From the IMG/VR virus record IMGVR_UViG_3300024264_000022: a stretch of DNA of 20,000 nucleotides; one strand, 5' to 3'. This document shows, one piece after another, positions 8,390 through 16,812 of this stretch. Both the position numbers and the translations under genes were made by a program. Below the pieces are notes generated by a model, which worked only from the letters and a program-made list of their open reading frames with translations, was not told the origin of the DNA and made no database searches. The stretch's first letter is position 1. Each line of letters opens with the position of its first letter. This stretch comes from an uncultured virus (IMG/VR IMGVR_UViG_3300024264_000022). Lineage: Duplodnaviria; Heunggongvirae; Uroviricota; Caudoviricetes.

Positions 8390-9618
8390 AAAAAGTTTTC
8401 TAATGTACCTTTTCTACTACCACTAAAGAAATCATAATCTTTAGGACCGAAACACCAAACATTCTCAATATATTTCATTGCCATAAATTCGTTCAGTTCT
8501 TCTTTAGTTTTAAACTTTGCATTACCTTGAGGTCGTTGCATAATAACCATACCGATTTGACCTAAAAACTTTTCTCTATGACTATTTATTAATTCATCAC
8601 TTGACCTGTATCTAACATTCTTAATCTTTGGATCCATAATGTTGACTAACATAAACTTTGATTTCTTCATAGTCTTTTCTGCAACAGGTAAATAGAAATC
8701 ATCACGCCACTTCTCGTACTCGTTGAATTTAAACCACGATTGATTTTCTTCTTTCTCACCACCTTTATTATATTGTTCAGTACTAAAGTATGGTGGACTT
8801 GTAAAGGCACAATCTATATCTGGTAATTCATCATAAGGTAAATCTTCTGCACCACAATTATATATCTTAACTTTTTTATTAGGAAAGAATTTGCTATACT
8901 CTTCAATCTGTTTCATATATTGTTTATATGTGTTAGGGTTTGGGTCGCAACCATAATACTCTTCTGCATTACTACTAAAGAAACCTGCAAGTCTATCGCC
9001 CCAACCACAAGAAGTATCTAGTACCGTTCTTGCCTTTGTCATATCATATAAAGTTTTTGCAACAACAGGTTTAAATTGTGTTGCAATATATGTACCTAAT
9101 CTAAAGGCACTCATATATGTACCTTCTTTTAAATGTCGTTCACTATTAATACCACGCCAGATAGGACCTAGACAACGCCATATATCTTTAGGTGTGCCAT
9201 TCTCCCATACATCAATAGGTGCTCTAAAACCATAACTACTACAATTCAATCTTAAATGTTGATGAAAATAATTAGATGATACATTGTAAGTTGATGGAGC
9301 GTCAATCAAACCTAAACCATATCTTTTAAAGTCATATTCATAGTCATCATATTTTTCAAATACTTTTTTCTCAACTTGTTCTACTGGTTTACATATCTTT
9401 GAAGTGTCAAACTTTGATAGACCAATAATACTTTGTCTCATATCTTCATATGATATTTGTTTCAAAGGAAACTTTGGTCTTTCAGTAGCAATGTATTCTG
9501 AAAGTAATTCTCTAAATCGTTCTTTACCTAGTTCTTCTGTCCATCTATCAAACTGGATAGTGTCCATAATAGGCAAACCATTTTCATCAGCGTATTGTTT
9601 AAGGTCTAGTATATTCAT
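8386..9618 (-). CDS. DNA amino-methyltransferase (N4-C or N6-A)
   Basis: SAM-binding motif I VLDTSCGWGDRL, YYGCDPN, catalytic FTSPPY. Confidence 0.85.
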   Translation of the reverse strand: MNILDLKQYADENGLPIMDTIQFDRWTEELGKERFRELLSEYIATERPKFPLKQISYEDMRQSIIGLSKFDTSKICKPVEQVEKKVFEKYDDYEYDFKRYGLGLIDAPSTYNVSSNYFHQHLRLNCSSYGFRAPIDVWENGTPKDIWRCLGPIWRGINSERHLKEGTYMSAFRLGTYIATQFKPVVAKTLYDMTKARTVLDTSCGWGDRLAGFFSSNAEEYYGCDPNPNTYKQYMKQIEEYSKFFPNKKVKIYNCGAEDLPYDELPDIDCAFTSPPYFSTEQYNKGGEKEENQSWFKFNEYEKWRDDFYLPVAEKTMKKSKFMLVNIMDPKIKNVRYRSSDELINSHREKFLGQIGMVIMQRPQGNAKFKTKEELNEFMAMKYIENVWCFGPKDYDFFSGSRKGTLENFL

Positions 9619-9671
9619 TGTTCCACATTATTAAAATTAAAATTATTGGTAAATAAACGATTAATACAAAG

Positions 9672-9700
9672 AGTATACTATAAAAAAACTGCATTGTCAA
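9672..9700 (-). promoter_or_regulatory. sigma70 promoter for the 410-aa methyltransferase
   Basis: TTGACA-17 nt-TATACT in the intergenic gap. Confidence 0.85.
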
Positions 9701-9705
9701 GCACC
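9696..9705. repeat. 10-bp direct repeat GTCAAGCACC (second copy 10409-10418), downstream flank of each nuclease gene
   Basis: Exact match read at 9696-9705 and 10409-10418. Confidence 0.8.
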
Positions 9706-10403
9706 TATTCAAATCTTTCTAATGGACCTTTACTAATAAAGGTTTTATCTTTTAACTGATTTTGTGTTGATTTTTTAACATCTGTAATTAGTTTTAATAT
9801 TGTTTTATTATTAATTTCAGTATTACGATTTAGTCTTTCTCTAAAGTCTGAAAATTCTAAATTAAAATAATCTTTTAGAAAGTCTTTACCTAATACAACA
9901 TTTGCACCAAGTCTTTCCCACACTTTTATATTACCGGCACCTTGTGGTTCAAATAAGGTAACCACTATATTATCTATTTTAAAATCACTAAATTTTGATT
10001 GTAGTTCTTCACATATTTTTCTGTTACCATCAATATCATTTGGTATACCTTTACCACTAGTTCTATCTGCTCTTATTTTAATTTCAGCATTAGTGATAAT
10101 TTTATCATTTGCATTGTAGATAATAATATCTGGTAGTTTACCAGCAATCATTTTCTTATCTTTGTTTATCCAAATGCCTTCATCTTTACCTTTAAACTCA
10201 TAATAATTACAACATTGAACATCACTACGATTATCTAATATAAAATCTCTTAATTCTTTTTCTATATTAGTACCATATGCTACCTGTGTACTAGATAAGA
10301 TATGAAAGAATTTTGTTAGTGGTAAGTTATTTGTTAAGAAATATATAGGACTACTAGTAAAGTATTCCTCGTTTTTATCTAAATTTTTTGTTTCAATTAT
10401 CAT
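9705..10403 (-). CDS. Putative PD-(D/E)xK restriction-type endonuclease
   Basis: YGTNIEKEL helix, KLPDIII...NAEIKIR (PD..ExK); lies between two methyltransferase genes. Confidence 0.62.
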   Translation of the reverse strand: MIIETKNLDKNEEYFTSSPIYFLTNNLPLTKFFHILSSTQVAYGTNIEKELRDFILDNRSDVQCCNYYEFKGKDEGIWINKDKKMIAGKLPDIIIYNANDKIITNAEIKIRADRTSGKGIPNDIDGNRKICEELQSKFSDFKIDNIVVTLFEPQGAGNIKVWERLGANVVLGKDFLKDYFNLEFSDFRERLNRNTEINNKTILKLITDVKKSTQNQLKDKTFISKGPLERFE

Positions 10404-10409
10404 ACTTCG

Positions 10410-10991
10410 TCAAGCACCCATACCTGGCCAACCTTCACTTAATCCAAGGTCTTCCCATTTAGTATTACTCTCTTGTACATTTAGGTAAGGATAGTTACCA
10501 TTCAGTAATTTATATTCGTCTACATAACTCTTTTCAATCGTATGATAATCTACACTAATGTAATGCTGTTGATAGTCGCCATTCATCTTCTGAATTTCAA
10601 CTCTAACTTGTGGTAGATTATAGTAATAAACTTCTATTGTTTTACCTGCTTTGACTTGTTGATTGATATAGTTCCATACTGCATAAGTTCTTTTAGAATT
10701 ACCTTCTCTAAAACCACCTAGATAAGCATTGATTGTACCTTCAATACCACCTTTAGTTTGACTACCACCAATCTTAACTATTGTATCATCACAAGTAATA
10801 ATGTATATTTTGCCACAAGAATTTTGTCGTTCTTGTTTTGATACTGCAAACTTAACTTTCAATGCTACTTCTGGTAGATGTACATAACCTGGGTCTTTAT
10901 ATATCTGTCCTAAACATAACCAGTTGTCTAGTTTTAATTGTTGAATTTTGTTTTTCTTTTTATATCCTAATTGTTCAGCTAAAGCATTCAT
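10410..10991 (-). CDS. GIY-YIG nuclease, Hpy188I-like
   Basis: GKIYIITCDDTIVKIGGS...INAY...IEVY...IEKSYVDEY...YPYLNVQ parallels the Hpy188I pattern as recalled (GLVY..KIG..SY..VY..AE..P...Q). The ORF extends to 11006; ATG 10991 overlaps the MT-A70 stop (ATGA). Confidence 0.72.
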   Translation of the reverse strand: MNALAEQLGYKKKNKIQQLKLDNWLCLGQIYKDPGYVHLPEVALKVKFAVSKQERQNSCGKIYIITCDDTIVKIGGSQTKGGIEGTINAYLGGFREGNSKRTYAVWNYINQQVKAGKTIEVYYYNLPQVRVEIQKMNGDYQQHYISVDYHTIEKSYVDEYKLLNGNYPYLNVQESNTKWEDLGLSEGWPGMGA

Positions 10992-10998
10992 ACTTCGT
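10988..10998. repeat. 11-bp direct repeat TCATACTTCGT (second copy 10400-10410), covering the start of each nuclease gene
   Basis: Exact match read at 10988-10998 and 10400-10410. Confidence 0.8.
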
Positions 10999-11527
10999 TC
11001 CCCCAACTATCCCAACCTTCTCTCTTCTGTCTTGCAAAGAGTTCAATGTACGGACCGTTTAATAAGTTTTCAATATGTGTATACATTATATCTGGTTTCT
11101 TACTATGTCGTTCTCTTTGTGATACGACTAATTGTGGTACTGCTTTAGATTGTCTTTTAGGTTTACCTTTAGTTGCAAGTAAACACATTTCAGGATTACC
11201 TCTAGTCCAATATCCTAAACCTGTAAAGAAACCTAGTTTGTTCTTATTTGTTTTTGCCCAAGTAAATCCTACCGTCTTATACTGAAAACCCCAGGCGTCT
11301 ATTACATCAAATGCTAAATCTAAACTATGGTCAACAACCCACATCAATAAAGTACAATTGTCATCTGCAATATCTTTTACTGGTAAGTCTGTTATATCTT
11401 TAAGTTCTAAAGTCTGATAGTGTTGACTAGGATTTCTGTCATCACCTTTCGGACTAAACGATTTAAAAGACCACGGTGGGTCTGCATAGATTACACTATA
11501 CTTTTTTTTCGGTAAGTTTATACTCAA
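10988..11527 (-). CDS. MT-A70 family N6-adenine methyltransferase
   Basis: VIYADPPW, LLMWV, AWGFQYKT, GYWTRGNPE, HSKKP, IELFAR, GWDSWGNE. Confidence 0.93.
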   Translation of the reverse strand: MSINLPKKKYSVIYADPPWSFKSFSPKGDDRNPSQHYQTLELKDITDLPVKDIADDNCTLLMWVVDHSLDLAFDVIDAWGFQYKTVGFTWAKTNKNKLGFFTGLGYWTRGNPEMCLLATKGKPKRQSKAVPQLVVSQRERHSKKPDIMYTHIENLLNGPYIELFARQKREGWDSWGNEV

Positions 11528-11993
11528 AATTTTGCGTCTCTTTGTTAATTAATATTTGTTTCGCACCATTACGAATATGAAAGTGTGTTGCCATAGGTGT
11601 AAGAGGTGATAGTGTTACCACTCTTTCAATATGATTTGCTTTTGCATATTCTAATACCTTATTAATAATCTCTTTACCTGCACCTCGTTTACGAGACCAT
11701 ACCGTATATGCGATTGCATTTCGTTTCTCGTTTTTTAAGTCTGCAAGTTCAGACATCATATCTAACTCTTTTATAGTTGTAGGAATATCATTTGTAAACG
11801 CAATACAAATAATGCCTTCAATCTCTTCATTATATTTTAAACCAAATATCTTTCTACCTTTAGTAATACGCCAACCTAATGTTAGTTCAGGTCTTACTGG
11901 ATCCTCTGATACATCAATGTCATCTAACTCTACTAGTTCAGTTCCATTAACCCATCTAAAAAAATTATCTGTCTTATCTTTAAAAAATTTCAT
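11496..11993 (-). CDS. GNAT-fold hypothetical protein
   Basis: YTVWSRKRGAGKEIINKVLEYAK resembles acetyl-CoA-binding motif A; followed by VVTLSP and HFHIRNGA. Confidence 0.6.
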   Translation of the reverse strand: MKFFKDKTDNFFRWVNGTELVELDDIDVSEDPVRPELTLGWRITKGRKIFGLKYNEEIEGIICIAFTNDIPTTIKELDMMSELADLKNEKRNAIAYTVWSRKRGAGKEIINKVLEYAKANHIERVVTLSPLTPMATHFHIRNGAKQILINKETQNFEYKLTEKKV

Positions 11994-11995
11994 CT

Positions 11996-12133
11996 TTAAC
12001 TCATAGTTGCTATTTTAATTAATATACAAGATAACAAAAACGCTGGTGTTGTAATTCTTGTATATGCTATTGTTCTTCCAAGATTGTAACCAATCAATAA
12101 ACATAACCATATCGTAAATAAATCGTATGGCAT
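11996..12133 (-). CDS. Small hydrophobic protein (45 aa)
   Basis: MPYDLFTIWLCLLIGYNLGRTIAYTRITTPAFLLSCILIKIATMS; TAATG overlap with the gp43 stop; fills the gap to the next ORF. Confidence 0.6.
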   Translation of the reverse strand: MPYDLFTIWLCLLIGYNLGRTIAYTRITTPAFLLSCILIKIATMS

Positions 12134-14625
12134 TATCCGAAAAATTGTTCCAAACTTGCTTGTGGTTCAGCGTGCCAACCTATTGCACCAAGAATAAATC
12201 TCATTGGGTCTAGGAATGTTTTTTCAAACTGCACCTCATAATCTATATAGTCTTGCAACTTAAACTCTCTAGGTAATGTGGACAAGTAAGCACACACATT
12301 AAACTTGAAAGGATTAGGTTCTTTCAACAATATAAATTTTATTTTATCACCTTCTTGTATCAATGGATACCTGTGGTCTAAATTCTGATTCTTCAAGTGC
12401 CAATTATAAATCAAACTACCTTTGATATGAATAGGTGTACCTTTGATGAATATATCACTTGATGATGAGTACTTTCTCAAATTATTACAACTTCTAGGAA
12501 ATGCAATCTGCTCAGGTTCGTATTTCTTATAAGTCTCTTTGAAATCTGAAATATAATTATGTAATGCGTCTTCGTCTTTATTCATAATCAATCTGATTGC
12601 TTCTTTAATTGCAATACGACAAACTTCTGGTGTTGAAGATTTTACTGCTTCAATACCCATAATCTTTAGTTTAGGTTCTTCAAAACGGAAACCTTCTTCA
12701 TCTAACACATTCAACATATATCTTTTCTTGGCAGTCCAGATACCTTTGTCTGCGATAACTTCTCGTTTCATAACCATCTTCTGTTGAAAGGCATTTGTAT
12801 AACTAGCGATTTCTTCAAAACACTTTTCAATAAATGGTTCTATCTTACCTTTTGCAACCTTATCAACAAAGTTTAATTTCTGTTCTTTAGTTTTATCTTT
12901 ACAAAACTTTTCTACTAATTTATCTAGGCACAAATATATACTATCAGTATCAGAAGCAACGATATAATCAATCTTATCTTTTGTTTGTAATATATCATTT
13001 ACATATTTGTTTACCTTCTCTTCAACATATTGAATAATAAACTGCCCAGCAGTTGTAATCGCTGACGCTTGATTGACATTGTAAAATCTAAAATACTGAT
13101 TACCAATAGCACCGTAAGCACTATTCAATGAAATCTTTTTTGCCCATTGAATATTATGACAACGAGATATTTCTTTTTCATAGATTGGGTCTTTTGTTTT
13201 TTGAAAGTCTTTCTTTGCTTGAAACTCTAAACCTTTGTAATGTACTCTATCATTATACATACCTTCCATAATCTTCGGTAAGAAACCTTGACTATCTGTT
13301 TTAAACATTGCACCATTAGGTGTAATAGTTGCACCTTCTGTTTGTAAATGAGTAAGAGGTGTAGCGTGTTTTAACATTCTGTCTACAGATATACCATTAG
13401 ATTTAACACCAATCATCTTTTCAGGACTAATATTATATTGCATAATCAAGTGAGGATATAGTGAGTTAATATCAAACGATACAATCCATTTATGTTGACC
13501 AACTTGTGGTGTCTTAACATATGCACCGACATATTTCTCTTCTTTAATATTATCAGTACGAGGTGGAATATGTATATTATCTTTTAATAGATGATTGTAA
13601 ATTAATGTATCCCAAAGTCTAACTTCTGAAAACACATCTGTATAATTAACTTTTGCCTCATAGGCCATAGTCATAATCAATTCAATCAATCTTAACTTAT
13701 CTTCTAGTCTATCAACTAGTTCAACATCTTTGATATTGTATTCAACAAAAGATTGAAAATCATTCTTATACCACTCTCTAAAAGTTTCATATGGATTATT
13801 ATCTTTACCATCACCACCTAATTCTACCTTTGCGATATAATCAAGTTTATAACTTTCTTGTCTTTGTGGAATAAATTTTATGTACAAGTCTAGGTAATCT
13901 AAATTAGATATGCCTGTAATCTTAAATATTGTTTGTTGTCTACCTCTAACGGTTAGTTTCTCTTCTTCAATTAAACCCCAAGGCGATAGTTTATTAATAA
14001 CTTTATCACCTACAAGTTTTTTAGTTCTATTACATAGATAAGGTATATCAAAAAATTTAGTATTCCAACCTGTGATAACATCAGGATAGTTCTTCATCCA
14101 GAATTTGAAAAACTCCATTAACAATTGTTTTTCATTAGCACATTCTACATAGGTAACATTATCTTGTTTGACAAGAAATGGTTTAGTACCCCAAGTAATA
14201 ATTTGCTTGTTAGATTGATTTTTAATTGTAAGACAAATAATTTCTTCTGTCGGATTATTTACATCAGGAAAACCACCTTCAGCAGTTGTCTCAATATCAA
14301 TTGTAAAGATTTTAATTAAAGACTTATCAAACTCAATCTGTTTTGGATATTCTTTACTGATATATTGAAAGTGCCATCTATCATTACCATATAGTGGACT
14401 ATTAGAAGTTGCATAACTTCTTTTAAATTCTCTTGCTTTTGAAATACTTTCAAAGGTAATAGGTTTTAGATTGTTGCCTTGTAGAGTTTTATGATTAGTT
14501 TGTTCTTGTGTTTGTGCATACATTGTAGGTCTAAAGGCAATCTTTTCTTTAAACTCTTGTCCATCGTGTATACCACGAACCAACAACTTACCTCTATGTT
14601 CAACTACATCTTTATAAAAATTCAC
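12133..14625 (-). CDS. 43: T4 gp43-like family B DNA polymerase
   Basis: Exo I DIET, GWNTKFFDIPY, YNIKDV; polymerase motifs SFDINSLYP, KISLNSAYG, SDTDS, KKRY. Confidence 0.98.
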   Translation of the reverse strand: MNFYKDVVEHRGKLLVRGIHDGQEFKEKIAFRPTMYAQTQEQTNHKTLQGNNLKPITFESISKAREFKRSYATSNSPLYGNDRWHFQYISKEYPKQIEFDKSLIKIFTIDIETTAEGGFPDVNNPTEEIICLTIKNQSNKQIITWGTKPFLVKQDNVTYVECANEKQLLMEFFKFWMKNYPDVITGWNTKFFDIPYLCNRTKKLVGDKVINKLSPWGLIEEEKLTVRGRQQTIFKITGISNLDYLDLYIKFIPQRQESYKLDYIAKVELGGDGKDNNPYETFREWYKNDFQSFVEYNIKDVELVDRLEDKLRLIELIMTMAYEAKVNYTDVFSEVRLWDTLIYNHLLKDNIHIPPRTDNIKEEKYVGAYVKTPQVGQHKWIVSFDINSLYPHLIMQYNISPEKMIGVKSNGISVDRMLKHATPLTHLQTEGATITPNGAMFKTDSQGFLPKIMEGMYNDRVHYKGLEFQAKKDFQKTKDPIYEKEISRCHNIQWAKKISLNSAYGAIGNQYFRFYNVNQASAITTAGQFIIQYVEEKVNKYVNDILQTKDKIDYIVASDTDSIYLCLDKLVEKFCKDKTKEQKLNFVDKVAKGKIEPFIEKCFEEIASYTNAFQQKMVMKREVIADKGIWTAKKRYMLNVLDEEGFRFEEPKLKIMGIEAVKSSTPEVCRIAIKEAIRLIMNKDEDALHNYISDFKETYKKYEPEQIAFPRSCNNLRKYSSSSDIFIKGTPIHIKGSLIYNWHLKNQNLDHRYPLIQEGDKIKFILLKEPNPFKFNVCAYLSTLPREFKLQDYIDYEVQFEKTFLDPMRFILGAIGWHAEPQASLEQFFG

Positions 14626-14990
14626 TACACACTCTCCATACTTCTCAAATATATTTTCAAATTGTTATGTTTCTTTTCTAACATAACATTACAACCTAGT
14701 CTGGAATACATTCTATCATATTCCATATTCATTTCTAATATCTCATTTTCTAAACTATTATACTCTACTCTTCCTACTTTGTCAATGTCCTCTCGTATAT
14801 TAATATGACAAGTACCACAAGCAGTACACCCACCACAATCGCCTGGTACTTCATCAATCGTAGGTTCGGCAAATGTTCTTGCCGCCTCCATAATTGTATA
14901 ACCTGTAGGTACTATAACTTGTTGTGTCTTGCCGTTCTTACTTATGAAGTTAATAGTTATAGTATCCTTTGTTTGGATACTATCACTCAT
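14625..14990 (-). CDS. fdx: 2Fe-2S ferredoxin (adrenodoxin/ISC type)
   Basis: CGGCTACGTCH...SRLGC (Cx5Cx2C...C) with the E..IL and SRL motifs. Confidence 0.9.
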   Translation of the reverse strand: MSDSIQTKDTITINFISKNGKTQQVIVPTGYTIMEAARTFAEPTIDEVPGDCGGCTACGTCHINIREDIDKVGRVEYNSLENEILEMNMEYDRMYSRLGCNVMLEKKHNNLKIYLRSMESV

Positions 14991-15289
14991 TAAGTTATTA
15001 AACCTGGTCCAGTTAAAATTTTAGAAACTGATTGTTCATATGACGCAAGTAAATCCTGTTTAGGTTCTACTACCGTTATAATCTTATCGTCTTTAAATTT
15101 TATTTCTTCTGTTTCAGCATACGGAATGTATGTGAACATACCAAATTTAATTGCTTCGCCTGGTTTAGGCGCTGATGTTGGATAAATGATGTAAGGTTTT
15201 TTAACAACTACTTCACCATTGCCTTGACTGAAATCGCCAATTATATCTTCACCTGTAATTATTCGTACTATCTTTATATTTTTTTGCAT
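14990..15289 (-). CDS. Conserved small T4-like phage protein upstream of gp43 (possible Sm-like fold)
   Basis: IKIVRIITGEDIIG...VKKP...YIPYA; GGAG RBS; position typical of marine T4-like phages. Confidence 0.7.
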   Translation of the reverse strand: MQKNIKIVRIITGEDIIGDFSQGNGEVVVKKPYIIYPTSAPKPGEAIKFGMFTYIPYAETEEIKFKDDKIITVVEPKQDLLASYEQSVSKILTGPGLIT

Positions 15290-15313
15290 AATATCTCCAT
15301 TATATATTAATTG

Positions 15314-16807
15314 TTAGTCTTTGTCAATAGGTGGTAATCGTTTTGATAAAACAAATGTTCTATTAGGATTAACAGACGCATTGAATAATCTGATTACTTC
15401 TCTATTCAGTAATACATCTGAACCAGACCTTGGTCGTTGGTCAAGTCCAAATTCTATATCAGGATATGTGAAACCGTTAAAGGTAAGGTCTAACTTAATT
15501 GTTGTTCTAACTTCTGATGGTTCTTCACCTTCTGCATTTGCACGAAAGACATTACTCTCCCCGTACTTCGGTGCTGAATATGTCTTACCATTATACTTCC
15601 AGGTTACCTTTTTACCTTCTACTTTAATATTTTCAGCGTGCATTGAACAAGCGTGAGCACCGTTACCAGTATCCATTTTTGCTCTCATCTTACCGATGTC
15701 GCCTACTTCTATTGTTTCTAACCAACCTACTTCTGAAATAGATTGTCTGTCCCAATTCTTTCTTTCTGATAACCATTTAATTAAGTTAGTTACCAGTTTA
15801 TCTCCTTTGATTGCACCACTATTTTCTGGATCCGAATAGAAGTCTTTATAAACATATCCTTCGTATTCTGCACCAGTACCAGGTGAACCATTGACTTCTA
15901 ATACATAAGGTTTTCCTTTGTGTATAATGTGGTCAACTCCACATAGATACGCCTTGGACGCCCTGCTAGCACGGAGTATGACCTCTATTTCCTCGTCTTT
16001 CAACTTATAAGGAACAGCGTCAGCACCTCTATGTGTATTAGTTCTAAAATCGTCTGAGCCTTGAATTCTTTTTGTACTTGCAAAGATTTTGTTATCTACT
16101 ACAAATGTTCTAATGTCAAAATCACTTGGCATAAATTCTTGTATTAACAATTCTGCACCGTGTTTCCATAGTGCCTGAATAGTTGATACTAGTCCATCAT
16201 AACTATCTACCTTAACAACACCAATACCTTGTGTACCAGTTAATGACTTTAAGATTACAGGAAACTTATCTATACCACCAATTAATTCTAATGCGTCATC
16301 TATATTTTTTTCGTTAGATATAAATGCTGTTTTAGGTGTTGGTATACCAAACTTCTCAAATAGTAAAGCAGAAGTAAGTTTGTTATTACAAGTTAACATT
16401 GCGTTTCTTGTATTACACATAAATGAACCAGAGTTCTGGAAAGCAGATACAATTGATAAACCACTTTCGTCTTCTACAGAACCTGCTCTAGTAATACAAA
16501 CGGTATCTTTACCTATAAATGTATGTTCAGTATCTTTGCCGTCATAGTTATAAACGGTTAAAGTATTTTTTTCTTCGTCTTTACCTGTGATAATAGCGTG
16601 TCTAGTTTCAATAACTATACACTTAATCTTTAATTTTTCGCAAGCGTCATTGATTAACTTAACCGTCAGTTCTTTACCTTCCTTACCACCGACTTTTCTT
16701 TTCTTTAAGTCAGGATTAGTTTTAGTAATTACTGCAATTGTGATTGGTTTGTTTTCTCTATCTAAAGTTTGTTCAGATAAGAAATCGGTAAAGTTTTGTA
16801 CTTGCAT
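15314..16807 (-). CDS. rimK: RimK-family ATP-grasp ligase fused to a C-terminal RimB-like (retropepsin-like) protease
   Basis: NKL..IPTPKT, FPVILK..GTQGIGV, LIQEF, DIR, FRTNTHRG, GVD, VLEVNGSPG; C-terminal VGWLE..RAKMDTG..SMHA..R..VLLNR. Confidence 0.88.
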   Translation of the reverse strand: MQVQNFTDFLSEQTLDRENKPITIAVITKTNPDLKKRKVGGKEGKELTVKLINDACEKLKIKCIVIETRHAIITGKDEEKNTLTVYNYDGKDTEHTFIGKDTVCITRAGSVEDESGLSIVSAFQNSGSFMCNTRNAMLTCNNKLTSALLFEKFGIPTPKTAFISNEKNIDDALELIGGIDKFPVILKSLTGTQGIGVVKVDSYDGLVSTIQALWKHGAELLIQEFMPSDFDIRTFVVDNKIFASTKRIQGSDDFRTNTHRGADAVPYKLKDEEIEVILRASRASKAYLCGVDHIIHKGKPYVLEVNGSPGTGAEYEGYVYKDFYSDPENSGAIKGDKLVTNLIKWLSERKNWDRQSISEVGWLETIEVGDIGKMRAKMDTGNGAHACSMHAENIKVEGKKVTWKYNGKTYSAPKYGESNVFRANAEGEEPSEVRTTIKLDLTFNGFTYPDIEFGLDQRPRSGSDVLLNREVIRLFNASVNPNRTFVLSKRLPPIDKD

Positions 16808-16812
16808 TATTA

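Noticed and set aside
10410..10991. GIY-YIG ORF as a Seg-type homing endonuclease
   Set aside because: It is a compact single-domain Hpy188I-like protein with no visible C-terminal DNA-binding repeats and is coupled to a methyltransferase; a restriction-type role fits better, though homing is not excluded.
12133..14625. Possible intein, intron or split in gp43
   Set aside because: Continuous 830-aa ORF of normal length with all motifs in order.
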